DNA of 64,000 nt from the NCBI GenBank assembly GCA_963767735.1, contig CAVYES010000008.1:128001-192000 (forward strand). The letters run 5' to 3'. Numbering within the stretch: the stretch's first letter is position 1; every line of letters starts with the position of its first letter. The notes under the pieces were generated by a model. It was not told the origin of the DNA and searched no databases. It saw nothing but the letters and a program-made list of their open reading frames with translations. Origin of the DNA: Candidatus Bathyarchaeota archaeon. GTDB lineage: Archaea; Thermoproteota; Bathyarchaeia; Bathyarchaeales; Bathycorpusculaceae. Below, piece after piece: positions 21,376 to 31,576 of this stretch. Made by a program: the position numbers and the translations under genes.

Positions 21376-22050
21376 ATGATAAGTTTGTCCTCTTTAGAGA
21401 CTATTCTTGGAGAAGTAAAAAACGAGCTCATGCAAAAAAACAAAATTCGCGAGGAAACACATGAAAGCATGCGGAAAGCAACTAGCCTATCCAAACAAGC
21501 AATACTGCTGATTCACCAGAAAAAATATGCTGAAGCTGAAGAATATATTGGGAACGCTAAAGAGAAAATTTCAAGCCTTCAGGCGTTATCTAAGGAGTAC
21601 CCTGAGATCATTTATGGTGGCATGTTTAGTGCAGCGCTTCAGGAGTATTCAGAAGCACGCATATTTTTGATTCTAGTCAAGGAATCGCGTTTTGTTACGC
21701 CAGCTGAGATTTGCGTGCCTTCGGTTGATTATGCGCTTGGTTTAGCGGATGTTATAGGTGAATACAGGCGCTTGGCACTTGACGATTTACGGGAAGGCGA
21801 AGTTAAAAAAGCGGAAGAATGCCTAGAAATTATGGATCAAGTTTTCATCCAAATGTTAGCGCTTGATGAGGCTTATATGCTTGTTCCAGGACTCAGGCAT
21901 AAATCTGACATTGCCAGAAGAATAATCGAGGCTACACGCGGCGACGTAACGTTGGAAATTCGCAGAAAATCTCTTGAAGATTACTTAAAAAAATTTCAGC
22001 CCCTAAAACGCAGCACTGCCAAACCCAAAACCAAAAAGGCTAACATTTGA
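21376..22050 (+). CDS. Translin/Trax family protein
   Basis: ALQEYSEA, DYALGLADVIGEYRR. Confidence 0.88.
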   Translation: MISLSSLETILGEVKNELMQKNKIREETHESMRKATSLSKQAILLIHQKKYAEAEEYIGNAKEKISSLQALSKEYPEIIYGGMFSAALQEYSEARIFLILVKESRFVTPAEICVPSVDYALGLADVIGEYRRLALDDLREGEVKKAEECLEIMDQVFIQMLALDEAYMLVPGLRHKSDIARRIIEATRGDVTLEIRRKSLEDYLKKFQPLKRSTAKPKTKKANI

Positions 22051-22736
22051 GTAAACCCCGCAAGTTAATGAAGAATTTTTCAGTACAAAAAGCGCACAAA
22101 ACTCAACTTTGTTTGTCACAAAAGATTATTTTAAAGGATAGATTACCGCCTAAAATTAGAACCATTGCAGGCGTTGATGTTTCATACATTGGCGAGGTTG
22201 GCGTCGGCGCGATAGCAGTCTTAGATTATGAATCGTTGAAGATTTTGGAAACCCAAGTCGCAACCTGCGAAGTTAGGATTCCCTACATTCCCACTTTGCT
22301 GTCTTTTAGAGAACTCCCTCCCGCTATGGCAGCAATAAACAAGTTGAAGGTTCAGCCCGATGTATTCTTTGTTGATGCACAGGGAATAGCTCATCCCTAT
22401 AGGTGCGGATTTGCCAGCCACCTTGGACTTGCAATTGGAAAACCAACTATTGGCGCTGCAAAAAGCAGGTTGACTGGTCAGCCGTTGGAGAGGGATGGGG
22501 GAACCTTTTTGGTTGATAAGGGCGAAGTCATCGGTGCTGTCGTGACTACAAAGCAGGGTGCCAAGCCCATTTACGTGAGCATTGGTCACATGGTGTCTCT
22601 TGAAACAGCCGTCAATATGGTTAAACACTGTGCAAAAAGCCGAATTCCTGAGCCACTGCTGCAAGCTCACAAGTTAGCGACCCAAGAGCGAATCAGGCTT
22701 ACGCAGGAAAGCAAAGTAAATATCGCTGAAAACTAA
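22047..22736 (+). CDS. nfi: Endonuclease V
   Basis: AGVDVSY, YIPTLLSFRE, DAQGIAHP, PTIGAAKS, RIPEPL. Confidence 0.95.
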   Translation: MSKPRKLMKNFSVQKAHKTQLCLSQKIILKDRLPPKIRTIAGVDVSYIGEVGVGAIAVLDYESLKILETQVATCEVRIPYIPTLLSFRELPPAMAAINKLKVQPDVFFVDAQGIAHPYRCGFASHLGLAIGKPTIGAAKSRLTGQPLERDGGTFLVDKGEVIGAVVTTKQGAKPIYVSIGHMVSLETAVNMVKHCAKSRIPEPLLQAHKLATQERIRLTQESKVNIAEN

Positions 22737-22750
22737 ACTATCGATAGAGT

Positions 22751-23092
22751 GTGAATTATTTGGCTGAAGAAATTTCGTTCGCTGAATTCCAAAAACTCGA
22801 CTTGCGCATAGGGAAAATAATTGAGGCAACCCCGATTCCCAACTCAAAAAAGCTAATCAAGGTAACTGTTGACTTCGGGTCGGAGAAAAGGCAGGCGGTT
22901 GCAGGTCTGCTAAAGTATTATACGCCTGAGCAGTTGGTTGGCAAAAAATGTGTTTTTCTCTTGAACCTGCAGAGGCGCATGTTGGCGGGTGTGGAGTCGC
23001 AATGTATGGTTTTAGCCGCTGAAGATAGCGAAGGAAACGTTGTGGTGCTTGTGCCAGAGAAAGATATTGCTGAAGGAAGCAAAATCGGGTAA
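22751..23092 (+). CDS. Stand-alone tRNA-binding domain (Trbp111/CsaA/MetRS C-terminal)
   Basis: FQKLDLRIGKI, GVESQCMVLAA. Confidence 0.9.
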   Translation: MNYLAEEISFAEFQKLDLRIGKIIEATPIPNSKKLIKVTVDFGSEKRQAVAGLLKYYTPEQLVGKKCVFLLNLQRRMLAGVESQCMVLAAEDSEGNVVVLVPEKDIAEGSKIG

Positions 23093-23199
23093 AAACAAGG
23101 ATTTATTTATTCCTCCAGATTCTTTTTATGCAGCTGGGGAAAAGTTAAATTAGTAAATTAAAGCAGGTTATTGTATAATTTATTGGGAAGGTTACTTTA

Positions 23200-24198
23200 A
23201 TGGCAGTTAATGAAGAAGCGCTTATGTGGGTCGAAAAGTATCGACCGAAAAACCTAAACGAAGTCGTAGATTTACACGACATCGTTGAAAGCCTCAAAGC
23301 TTTCATGAAAAACCCCAAAACGATGCCTCACCTCATGTTCGCGGGGATACCGGGCACTGGAAAAACGACCCTTGCAATCTGCATCGCGCATGAACTTTTT
23401 GGTCCAAGCTGGAAAAGCTTCACACTTGAACTCAACGCATCCGACGAAAGAGGCATCGACACCGTACGTGAAAGAATAAAAGATTTCTCGCGTTACAGTC
23501 GGACAGGTTTTGGAGATGCCCCGTTTGGGCTCATTATTCTGGATGAATGTGACCAGATGACTGGTCCTGCTCAGACTGCGCTGAGAAGAATAATGGAAAC
23601 CAGCAGCCGCACATCCAGGTTTATTCTGATATGTAACCAATCAAGCAAGATAATTGAGCCCATACAAAGCCGTTGCGCCATATTCCGTTTTTCAAGACTA
23701 GACAAGCAAGCGATGAAGGAGCAGTTGCAGTGCATAGCTAAAGCAGAAAACGTTAACCTGTCGCCTGAAGCAGCCGAAAGAATAGTGGACTATTCCGAAG
23801 GGGACCTAAGACACGCGATAAACGCGTTGCAGACAGCCTCAGCCTACAAGGAAGGATGTGTGGACGAGAAAACAGTTTTGCTGGTCGTCGGAGAAGCTAG
23901 CCCAATGCAAGTTCAAAAAATGATAAGGAAAGCGTTATTCGGCGACTTTATTGAAGCAAGGAAAACAATGTATGAGATAATGGGGTCCTACGGTTTTTCA
24001 GGCTCCGAAATAATACGCCAAGTGCAACGGGAAATCTTCAAAATGTCTGACCTTACGCCCGAACAAAAAGCAGAAATATCAAGCGTAATCGGCGAATACG
24101 ATTTCCGCTTAACACAGGGCGCAAACAGCGACATCCAGCTAAGCGCTTTGCTTGCTCAATTCGCAAAATTCGGTAAAGCCATAGGGGAAACCTATTGA
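23200..24198 (+). CDS. rfcS: Replication factor C small subunit
   Basis: WVEKYRP, GIPGTGKTT, ELNASDERG, IQSRC. Confidence 0.96.
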   Translation: MAVNEEALMWVEKYRPKNLNEVVDLHDIVESLKAFMKNPKTMPHLMFAGIPGTGKTTLAICIAHELFGPSWKSFTLELNASDERGIDTVRERIKDFSRYSRTGFGDAPFGLIILDECDQMTGPAQTALRRIMETSSRTSRFILICNQSSKIIEPIQSRCAIFRFSRLDKQAMKEQLQCIAKAENVNLSPEAAERIVDYSEGDLRHAINALQTASAYKEGCVDEKTVLLVVGEASPMQVQKMIRKALFGDFIEARKTMYEIMGSYGFSGSEIIRQVQREIFKMSDLTPEQKAEISSVIGEYDFRLTQGANSDIQLSALLAQFAKFGKAIGETY

Positions 24199-25433
24199 GC
24201 AACAATCTTTTATGGGTTGAAAAGTATCGCCCGAAAAAGATTGAAGACGTAGTGGGCAACGAAGAAGCGAAAGTCGCCTTCGTAGAGTGGCTGAAAAGCA
24301 AGCGACGAAGCAAAAAAGCAGTTTTACTTTACGGACCGCCCGGCGTTGGAAAAACAGCGTTGGTTAACGCTGCCGCTAAAGAATTCGGGTTCACCATTAT
24401 CGAGATGAACGCAAGCGATACCCGCTCAGAAAAAGCAATTAACGAAGTTGCCAAACCAGCCACCTCCTACATTGCATTAGACAATTTCTCAGTTGCAAAC
24501 AAAGGCAAAGGCAACCTTCTGTTCCTCGACGAAGTTGACGGCATCGCAGGCAACGAGGACAGAGGCGGAGTAGGCGCAATAATAAAAATCGTTGAAGAAT
24601 CCCGAGTGCCAGTTATAATGGCGGCAAACGACCCGGACATAGACAAACTAAGACCATTAAAGAAAGTCTGTTTGCTTATACGTTTTCAGCAAACCAGAAT
24701 TCCTCTCATCATTGCGATTTTGCAGAAAATTTGTTTGCTGGAGCATGTGAAGGCAGATTTTGAGGCGCTTGAGCATATCGCCCAAAATAGCAGAGGTGAC
24801 GTCCGGTCAGCCATAAATGACCTCCAAAGTCTCAGCGAAGAAAACAAGACCTTAACGCTTCAGGACACGATGGCGTTGACATATAGAAACAAAGACATTA
24901 GCATGGATGAAACCCTCAGAGGCTTTTTCTCAGCTAAATCGGTTGCTGAAGCATCAGCTTTACTTAGCCGCTCAAGCGTCGACTATGACGAATTTATAAT
25001 GTCAGTAGCCGACAATCTGCCCAAACGATACACTGATGCTCATGAGCTTGCAGCCGCCTACGATTTTGTTTCGCAGGCTGATGTTTTTCGGGGAAGAATC
25101 GGGACAGAGCATTGGTTTCTTTTAAAATATTTCTTTAATGCGTTGTCGCGTGCAGCCGCGGTTGCGCCGCCTGAATCATATAAGCCTTTTGAGTTGATTT
25201 CGCCGCCGATTAGGATTATTACTTTGTTTTGGACGAAGGGCAAAAGAACAATGTTGGATTCGATTTGCGGAAAAATCGGTGCCCAATGCCATGTTTCTCA
25301 TTCGATTGCTAAGCATGATTTTGTTCCATTCGTCAAGGTTATGCTGCAAAACCAAAAGTCAAGCCCGCTCATTTCATGGTTCAAGTTTACGCCTGAAGAG
25401 GTTGATTTCCTAACGAAAATGAATAGGTACTAG
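24195..25433 (+). CDS. rfcL: Replication factor C large subunit
   Basis: WVEKYRP, GPPGVGKT, EMNASD, LDEVDG; follows rfcS. Confidence 0.95.
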   Translation: MSNNLLWVEKYRPKKIEDVVGNEEAKVAFVEWLKSKRRSKKAVLLYGPPGVGKTALVNAAAKEFGFTIIEMNASDTRSEKAINEVAKPATSYIALDNFSVANKGKGNLLFLDEVDGIAGNEDRGGVGAIIKIVEESRVPVIMAANDPDIDKLRPLKKVCLLIRFQQTRIPLIIAILQKICLLEHVKADFEALEHIAQNSRGDVRSAINDLQSLSEENKTLTLQDTMALTYRNKDISMDETLRGFFSAKSVAEASALLSRSSVDYDEFIMSVADNLPKRYTDAHELAAAYDFVSQADVFRGRIGTEHWFLLKYFFNALSRAAAVAPPESYKPFELISPPIRIITLFWTKGKRTMLDSICGKIGAQCHVSHSIAKHDFVPFVKVMLQNQKSSPLISWFKFTPEEVDFLTKMNRY

Positions 25434-25446
25434 GAAGAAAGGAAAT

Positions 25447-25785
25447 ATGGTAATAGCTTTAAATCCTAAGGGTTTCAAGCTTCCAAGGGTTGAAAAGGAA
25501 AAGTTTGTTCTCCTAATACGTCTCGGGTTAGATTACAATCAAGGGTTGGGATTGTTCTCAATTAAAAACTGCAACAACACCGAAAAACTCATAGAGACCA
25601 TCGGCGGAATTTTAAACACTGAAGTGGTTTTTCTCCAAAGCTGCACGCGCTGCGGCAAAGACTTTCCATGTTCAGACTGCAAGTACAGTGAGTTATGCAC
25701 CACCAAAGATCTTCCGTTCAGTTGCGTTTGCCCTCAATGTTTGAGAGATAAAAAGCAGTTTGAAGAATACCTCGAAAAAATCTAG
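25447..25785 (+). CDS. Cys-rich hypothetical zinc-binding protein
   Basis: CTRC...CSDC...C...CVCPQC. Confidence 0.7.
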   Translation: MVIALNPKGFKLPRVEKEKFVLLIRLGLDYNQGLGLFSIKNCNNTEKLIETIGGILNTEVVFLQSCTRCGKDFPCSDCKYSELCTTKDLPFSCVCPQCLRDKKQFEEYLEKI

Positions 25786-26201
25786 TGCTAACCTTGTTAG
25801 CCAAAGAGAGAAGATATTCAAGCTTCATAAGAAGCGGAATGCTGATGGAGGATCAACCAAATAGCGAAAAAATCAAATTACTCTTGCCTTGAACAGTTTT
25901 CGAAGCTAAACCGTTTGCAGTTATTTAATTTTAAATTGGTTTTCGAATCCTTTCCTTTTTCTTGGGACGACTTGAAAAGATTAAGCTTCGTTTTCTAAAA
26001 AAGACAATGATCGATTGGCGATATTAGAGCATTTAGAGTTTGCTAAGGTCTTGGACTGCTTTAGTAGATAAGAAGCGCAAAAGCTGGCTGAAGGCTATTG
26101 CTTTTCGTGAATTTGACTAGACCTTCTCAGCTCTATTTTAATCGATGCTTTTAAAAAATAAAAAAAGAAAGAGAGATTTTGGTTGTTTTATCGTTTTTGT
26201 T

Positions 26202-29200
26202 TTATGGCTTTTTCCTTAGCAAGAGCAAACCTACTATGGCTACTGCGATGATTATTACAATTATTACAGCAACAATTCCATAGGTTAGGTCTGATGCTGT
26301 TGCAAGGCCTGATACTGGTGCAGCTGTAGGCGCTGAAGTAGCTGAAGGTGCTTGTACGATCATGGCGGTTTGTGCGCTTGAGCCCCAGTAACCGTTGGTG
26401 CCTGCGAATGTTGCAGTGACTGTGTATTTGCCTGGGACATTTGGAGCTGTCCACTGTAAGCTGTATAAGCCTTTTGAATCGGTTGTAGCGCTGCCGAGGG
26501 TGACGAAGTTGCCGTTTGGATCAATAGCGGTCAATGTCACTGTTACGCCTGTGAAGTTGGTTGGTTCTGCCTGCTGCTGGTAAACGTATTCCATCCAAGA
26601 TGTCATGCTTGCGTCAGACGCGCATGGAACGCCGCTTGGGAAGTCAGCTTTCACTGTTGATTGCTGTGTGCCTGCGGAAGTATCCATAACTGTGCCCTGC
26701 AAAAGTGCGCTGTTGCCTGCTGTTACAATTGGCTGTGGTGCCTGTACTGTAGTAGCGCTGGGTCCTTGACCTAGACTGTAAATTTGGTCGTCATACCCGT
26801 TAAAGACTGTTGAATAGCCGTCTGCGATAGCGAAGCTCTGGCTTCTGAACTCGCCGGTGTAATCTAAAAGAACCGTGCCTAGTATTTCTTGTCCTGTGGT
26901 GGCGTTAAGATCCTCTAATGTTGCTCCCTTGTAAATCGGGTCAGTGATTGTGTGCTCTGAAGTAACCAAGTATACTACTCCGTTTCCGATAGCGTTTATG
27001 AAAGTTGGGTAAACACCATAAGGCGTGGTAGTGCCAGCGAAGGTACTGTTGTCTGAGCCTGGTGCGCCGTTGCCCCAAGTCCATTCTATAGCTCCGGTTA
27101 AATCGTTATAGCAATAGCATACTCCTCCGAATGAACTAACGTACAGTTTGCCGTATGCAATCTGACCGCTGAGGTATGGATAGATTTGGTTGCCGTAGTA
27201 GTCGAAGGCTGTTTCAGTTGGAGTTGGTCCCCATATTTGAGCTCCTGACGTTAAACTGTATCCTACCCATTGCATAGTTTCCGCATAGCTTAAAACGAAG
27301 ATGCCGGTAACTGGGTCAACATCGCCTTGTACGACAGTGAGGTTGCCTGCTGGTGGGTTATATGTTTGCATCCATAGTATCGAACCGAGTGCCCCCCTAG
27401 ATGCGTTAAGGTTAACAGCGAAGTATGTGAATGGAAGTTGTGGGTAGCCGGCCTGAGTGTTCGCGAAACCTACAGGAAGAGAACCGTTTCTGCAAAGCAT
27501 CAGATCACCAGTGATAGCTGCAACAATTGTTACTGGATTAGTTCCGCCTGCCGCGAGGAAGCCAGTATTGGTTCCTTGTTCAGCGGGTAGTGCTAATTTT
27601 CCTGTGACGCTGTTAAGAGTGGCCTGCAGTGGCATAGTGTTGAGCCAGGGTACCGAAACGTTCCAGTCATAAGTATATGTCGGATTAGCGCTAGATGCGA
27701 GAAGACCTTCCGCGATGCCGACGCTTCCACTAACTGTCAATGTGGAACCATAAGGAACAAAGACACTTCCGCCAGCGGGTGTGGTACCAGTTTCACCTGT
27801 GATTGGAATTGGCAGAATCGGAACGAGAACGCCGTTTGTAGCGTTTATGATTGATGGTGACAGACTTCCTCCGCCAGTGTATGGATTAATGTCGTATATC
27901 CACAGTTTAGACATGTTCCACTCAGATAAGTACCAGTTTGGAGCCGCGGCTGTGCCTGCGTTAGCGAGGACATACCTCAACTGTTCGCCAGCTGGACCAG
28001 CTGCAACTCCGTTTGTGAGAGCTACGGCTGGCTGGCCATTTACGGTTTGGCCTGTTTGTGCTGCAAATCCTGGAACGCCTGTTACGTTGAACAGTGAGTC
28101 TCCTGTGTATGCATCAAACAACTCCCATGTTGCTGGGATACCTGTAAGTCCGCCTCCTGCAGTTGCAACTAGCACTGGTGGGTATACTCCGTGCTGGTCG
28201 GGGTCCCAAAGGTCATAGATGTAGCCGAATGATAGCGCTGGTACAGTAGTGCTGCTCCAAAGAACTTGTCCTGTTTGTAGGTTAACGGCGACTGTTGGTC
28301 CACTAGTGGGACCCGTGAATGATGATGGTGCTGTGTAGTATAGGTATCCGCCAATTATTATTGGGTTAATGAATCTTTGCTGGTATGCAGAGCCTTCGAA
28401 GTAGCCGACTCCTGTATCACTGGGGAACATGTTTCCGCCGACGATTCCTCCGCTTTCAATTGGCATTGTCCACATGACGTGGCTGGTTATAGGTCCAACG
28501 GCATCTCCTGGAGCTAACTCCAAAACGGAGTTGCTGGAGAAGCTGCTAATGTAACCGGCACCTCCTGATGAAAGAACAGCTGCACCTGAGCCTAGCCAGT
28601 TTGACGAAATCGTGTACCAGTTGGTGTTCTCTCCGAATATTGGGCGTGACCAGTAATTCGTTGGTAAAGGTTCGCTAGTTACGGGCGCAGTGATTGGTGT
28701 TGACTGCACTGTGAGTGTTGTTGATGCGCTGCTTGGCAAATAAGTATCGTTAACCAATATTGATCCAGAGTAGCCATTGCCATTCGCTCCATAGGCTTGT
28801 CCTCCGTAACTAAAGGTAAGATTGTATGTGCCGACGGTTGTAGGAGTAAAGTCATAAGACTGGTCTGATGTTGAGTCTTCGCAAATAGCCCAAGTTACTG
28901 TATTTACTGTACCGTTAGGCGATGTGATGATAAGGTTGTAGTTGTGGAATCTATAATCGTTTGCAAGCAATGCTGCGCTGGCGGTGTACCCGTTCGTACC
29001 TACAGCGGCGGTTGCTCCACCGGCTGCTCCATAAACGGGGTCAAGCCACATGTAAACGATCAGTGTCTGGCCGACACCAACAGGGTTAGGTGTCGCGTTA
29101 ATGTAAGCGTAGGTTGGAATTTGCCACGCAGGTGTATGTGCACTAGCATTTGGCATAAGCAATGCAGTTCCTGACAACGAAAGGGTTAAAATTATCGCAA

Positions 29201-29237
29201 TCGCAATAGTTCCAATTTTATTTTTACTAATTTGCAT
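26202..29237 (-). CDS. Large secreted PQQ-like beta-propeller surface protein
   Basis: Signal peptide, AVNLQTGQVLW-type propeller repeats, C-terminal TM and RKKP. Confidence 0.85.
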   Translation of the reverse strand: MQISKNKIGTIAIAIILTLSLSGTALLMPNASAHTPAWQIPTYAYINATPNPVGVGQTLIVYMWLDPVYGAAGGATAAVGTNGYTASAALLANDYRFHNYNLIITSPNGTVNTVTWAICEDSTSDQSYDFTPTTVGTYNLTFSYGGQAYGANGNGYSGSILVNDTYLPSSASTTLTVQSTPITAPVTSEPLPTNYWSRPIFGENTNWYTISSNWLGSGAAVLSSGGAGYISSFSSNSVLELAPGDAVGPITSHVMWTMPIESGGIVGGNMFPSDTGVGYFEGSAYQQRFINPIIIGGYLYYTAPSSFTGPTSGPTVAVNLQTGQVLWSSTTVPALSFGYIYDLWDPDQHGVYPPVLVATAGGGLTGIPATWELFDAYTGDSLFNVTGVPGFAAQTGQTVNGQPAVALTNGVAAGPAGEQLRYVLANAGTAAAPNWYLSEWNMSKLWIYDINPYTGGGSLSPSIINATNGVLVPILPIPITGETGTTPAGGSVFVPYGSTLTVSGSVGIAEGLLASSANPTYTYDWNVSVPWLNTMPLQATLNSVTGKLALPAEQGTNTGFLAAGGTNPVTIVAAITGDLMLCRNGSLPVGFANTQAGYPQLPFTYFAVNLNASRGALGSILWMQTYNPPAGNLTVVQGDVDPVTGIFVLSYAETMQWVGYSLTSGAQIWGPTPTETAFDYYGNQIYPYLSGQIAYGKLYVSSFGGVCYCYNDLTGAIEWTWGNGAPGSDNSTFAGTTTPYGVYPTFINAIGNGVVYLVTSEHTITDPIYKGATLEDLNATTGQEILGTVLLDYTGEFRSQSFAIADGYSTVFNGYDDQIYSLGQGPSATTVQAPQPIVTAGNSALLQGTVMDTSAGTQQSTVKADFPSGVPCASDASMTSWMEYVYQQQAEPTNFTGVTVTLTAIDPNGNFVTLGSATTDSKGLYSLQWTAPNVPGKYTVTATFAGTNGYWGSSAQTAMIVQAPSATSAPTAAPVSGLATASDLTYGIVAVIIVIIIAVAIVGLLLLRKKP

Positions 29238-29593
29238 TTTTCTTTTCCTTCTTTTTTCTGTGAGCCAACCAATGGGTCAAAACTATTTATAAATGTGTCG
29301 TAGCAAGTTACCTGACCACCAACTTCGACCAAGAACCAGAAAACTTTAGGAAAAACATTTGTGAACGTACTGACAAAAAGCAAATACTTTTCGACCGGGC
29401 AGTTCGCTTTGTACGTACAACAATTAGCGGGTAAAAAACGAACTAAACAACCATGTAACAAAGATGACCCTCTCAGGGTGGCTGGAGACAAAGGGGCGGT
29501 ATACAAAAGCATCAACCAAACACACAAAAACGCGCGAAGGCAAATCTTATCTAGCCATTCTTAATTAACAATTATTGTCAGAAGGACTCGTTT

Positions 29594-30844
29594 ATGGCTG
29601 AAGAACATACACCATTAACCGTTGCACTTTCCCAACTTAAACTGGCTTGCAAAAAATTACAGTTGGATTCTGGCATGCATAAGATGCTCAGCCAGCCAAA
29701 ACGCTCCATCAGCGTCAGCATCGACATCCGAATGGACAACGGAACCGTCGGCGTATTCAACGGCGTCCGAGTGCAACATTGGGATGCGCGCGGACCATTC
29801 AAAGGCGGAATCCGCTACTACCCAAACATTACCCTTGATGAAGTCACCGCGCTGGCAATGTTGATGACTTGGAAATGCGCCATCGCCGACATACCATTTG
29901 GCGGAGCAAAAGGCGGCGTTTGCGTTGACACTAAAAAAATGAGCAAACATGAGCTTGAAAGATTAACAAGAAGATACGTCAGCTTAATCTTCGAATATTT
30001 GGGACCACACCGTGACATTCCTGCGCCAGACATGTACACTGACGCGCAAACCATGGCTTGGATAATGGACACCTACAGCCAACTGAAAGGCTACAGCATA
30101 CCCGAAAGCGTCACCGGCAAACCCGTTGAAATCGGAGGCTCATGGGGCAGAACCGAAGCCACAGGCAGAGGAGTAATCCACTGCGTAAAACAAGCGGCAG
30201 AAAACAACAGCCTAAAACTCAAAAACGCCACCGTAGCCATCCAAGGCTTCGGCAACGTCGGCTACCACGCAGCAGTGGCAGCGCAAGAAGTAGGCTGCAA
30301 AATAATAGCCGTAAGCGACTCCACAGGAGGAATCTACTGCCCAGACGGCTTAAACCCACCTGATGTTCTTGCGCATAAAGAAAAAACCCAATCTGTCCAG
30401 AACTACAAGGACTGCAAAAACATAACCAACGAGGAACTACTTGAATTGCCCTGCGACGTGCTGATTCCTGCAGCGCTGGAGAACCAAATCACCTGCAAAA
30501 ACGCCGACAAAATCAAAGCAAAAATGGTTGCTGAAGCAGCAAACGGACCAACAACACCTGAAGCTGATAAGGTATTGTATGAAAAAGAAATCTGCCTAAT
30601 CCCAGACATCCTTGCCAACAGCGGCGGAGTAACAGTGAGCTATTTTGAATGGGTACAAAACTTAACCCGCGAGCAATGGCCACTGGAAAAAGTCAACAGC
30701 AAACTTGAAGACAAAATGACCAAAGCATTCAACGACGTAGTCGCTATTGCGGAGAAGGAAGAGAGCGACATGCGCACAGGCGCGTTAATGCTGGGTGTAG
30801 GAAGAGTGGCTAACGCCATAAAAACACTAGGACTTTGGCCATAA
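29594..30844 (+). CDS. gdhA: Glutamate dehydrogenase
   Basis: GPFKGGIRY, GGAKGG, DIPAPD, QGFGNVG, EAANGP. Confidence 0.96.
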   Translation: MAEEHTPLTVALSQLKLACKKLQLDSGMHKMLSQPKRSISVSIDIRMDNGTVGVFNGVRVQHWDARGPFKGGIRYYPNITLDEVTALAMLMTWKCAIADIPFGGAKGGVCVDTKKMSKHELERLTRRYVSLIFEYLGPHRDIPAPDMYTDAQTMAWIMDTYSQLKGYSIPESVTGKPVEIGGSWGRTEATGRGVIHCVKQAAENNSLKLKNATVAIQGFGNVGYHAAVAAQEVGCKIIAVSDSTGGIYCPDGLNPPDVLAHKEKTQSVQNYKDCKNITNEELLELPCDVLIPAALENQITCKNADKIKAKMVAEAANGPTTPEADKVLYEKEICLIPDILANSGGVTVSYFEWVQNLTREQWPLEKVNSKLEDKMTKAFNDVVAIAEKEESDMRTGALMLGVGRVANAIKTLGLWP

Positions 30845-31000
30845 ACACGAAACAAAGCATGAAGATGAGTTAAAGAAAGGCAGAGGATCTCTCCGAGCAG
30901 TAGAGGCAAGCTTTCTTTAGCATTATTTGTTTCTAGTGCAAACGCTTAAAACTGTTCTTGCTATATCTGTTGAACCCCACAAAGGGGAAAATAATCGGAC

Positions 31001-31574
31001 TTGGAAGGGAAAAGGGAGTTGGCAGCGAAAATTGGCACGTTAGATTTCTGTTATGAGAACTCGCTGGTTAAAATTGTGGCAAACAGGAACTGCCCTGAAA
31101 TTAAGCTTGCTGGATTAACTGTTGGTCCCTTTGATGAAGGAAATGAGTATGAAGTTTATTTTTGGGTGGCAAAAGAGTTAGCGAATGCAGGAATGGTTCA
31201 TTTCCGAGAAGACGACGTTTTCGATGCAACCAAACTGTTTCAAGGTGCAATGGAAAGAAGGCGTACAAATCCCAGGACAAATATCCGAGCTTTCAGATGA
31301 TTTTTATCCTAAACTTCGCAGGTTTATCTCCGACTTGAAAGATCAAGCCTCAAAGCAATCGGAAAAATACCAAGAATACGATAGAGCAAAGCAATTAGCA
31401 CGCGACATCGTAAATTCTAGGCTAAAAAAAATAGTTGCCCTATCTTCTGCTCCAACCCAAAGTGAGCAGGTTCTAAAAAAGTTTACAAGCGAGGAAAAAA
31501 TTCTCTATGAACAACTAGTCAAAATAATCTCTGAGTGGAAAACAAAGATTCTAGAAAGTGAAGGAGAAAAGTAA
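31001..31574 (+). CDS. GINS23 (Psf2/Psf3-like) subunit (frameshift near 31240)
   Basis: EVYFWVAKEL, ELSDDFY, RLKKIV, TSEEKILY; directly upstream of mcm. Confidence 0.82.
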
Positions 31575-31576
31575 AG

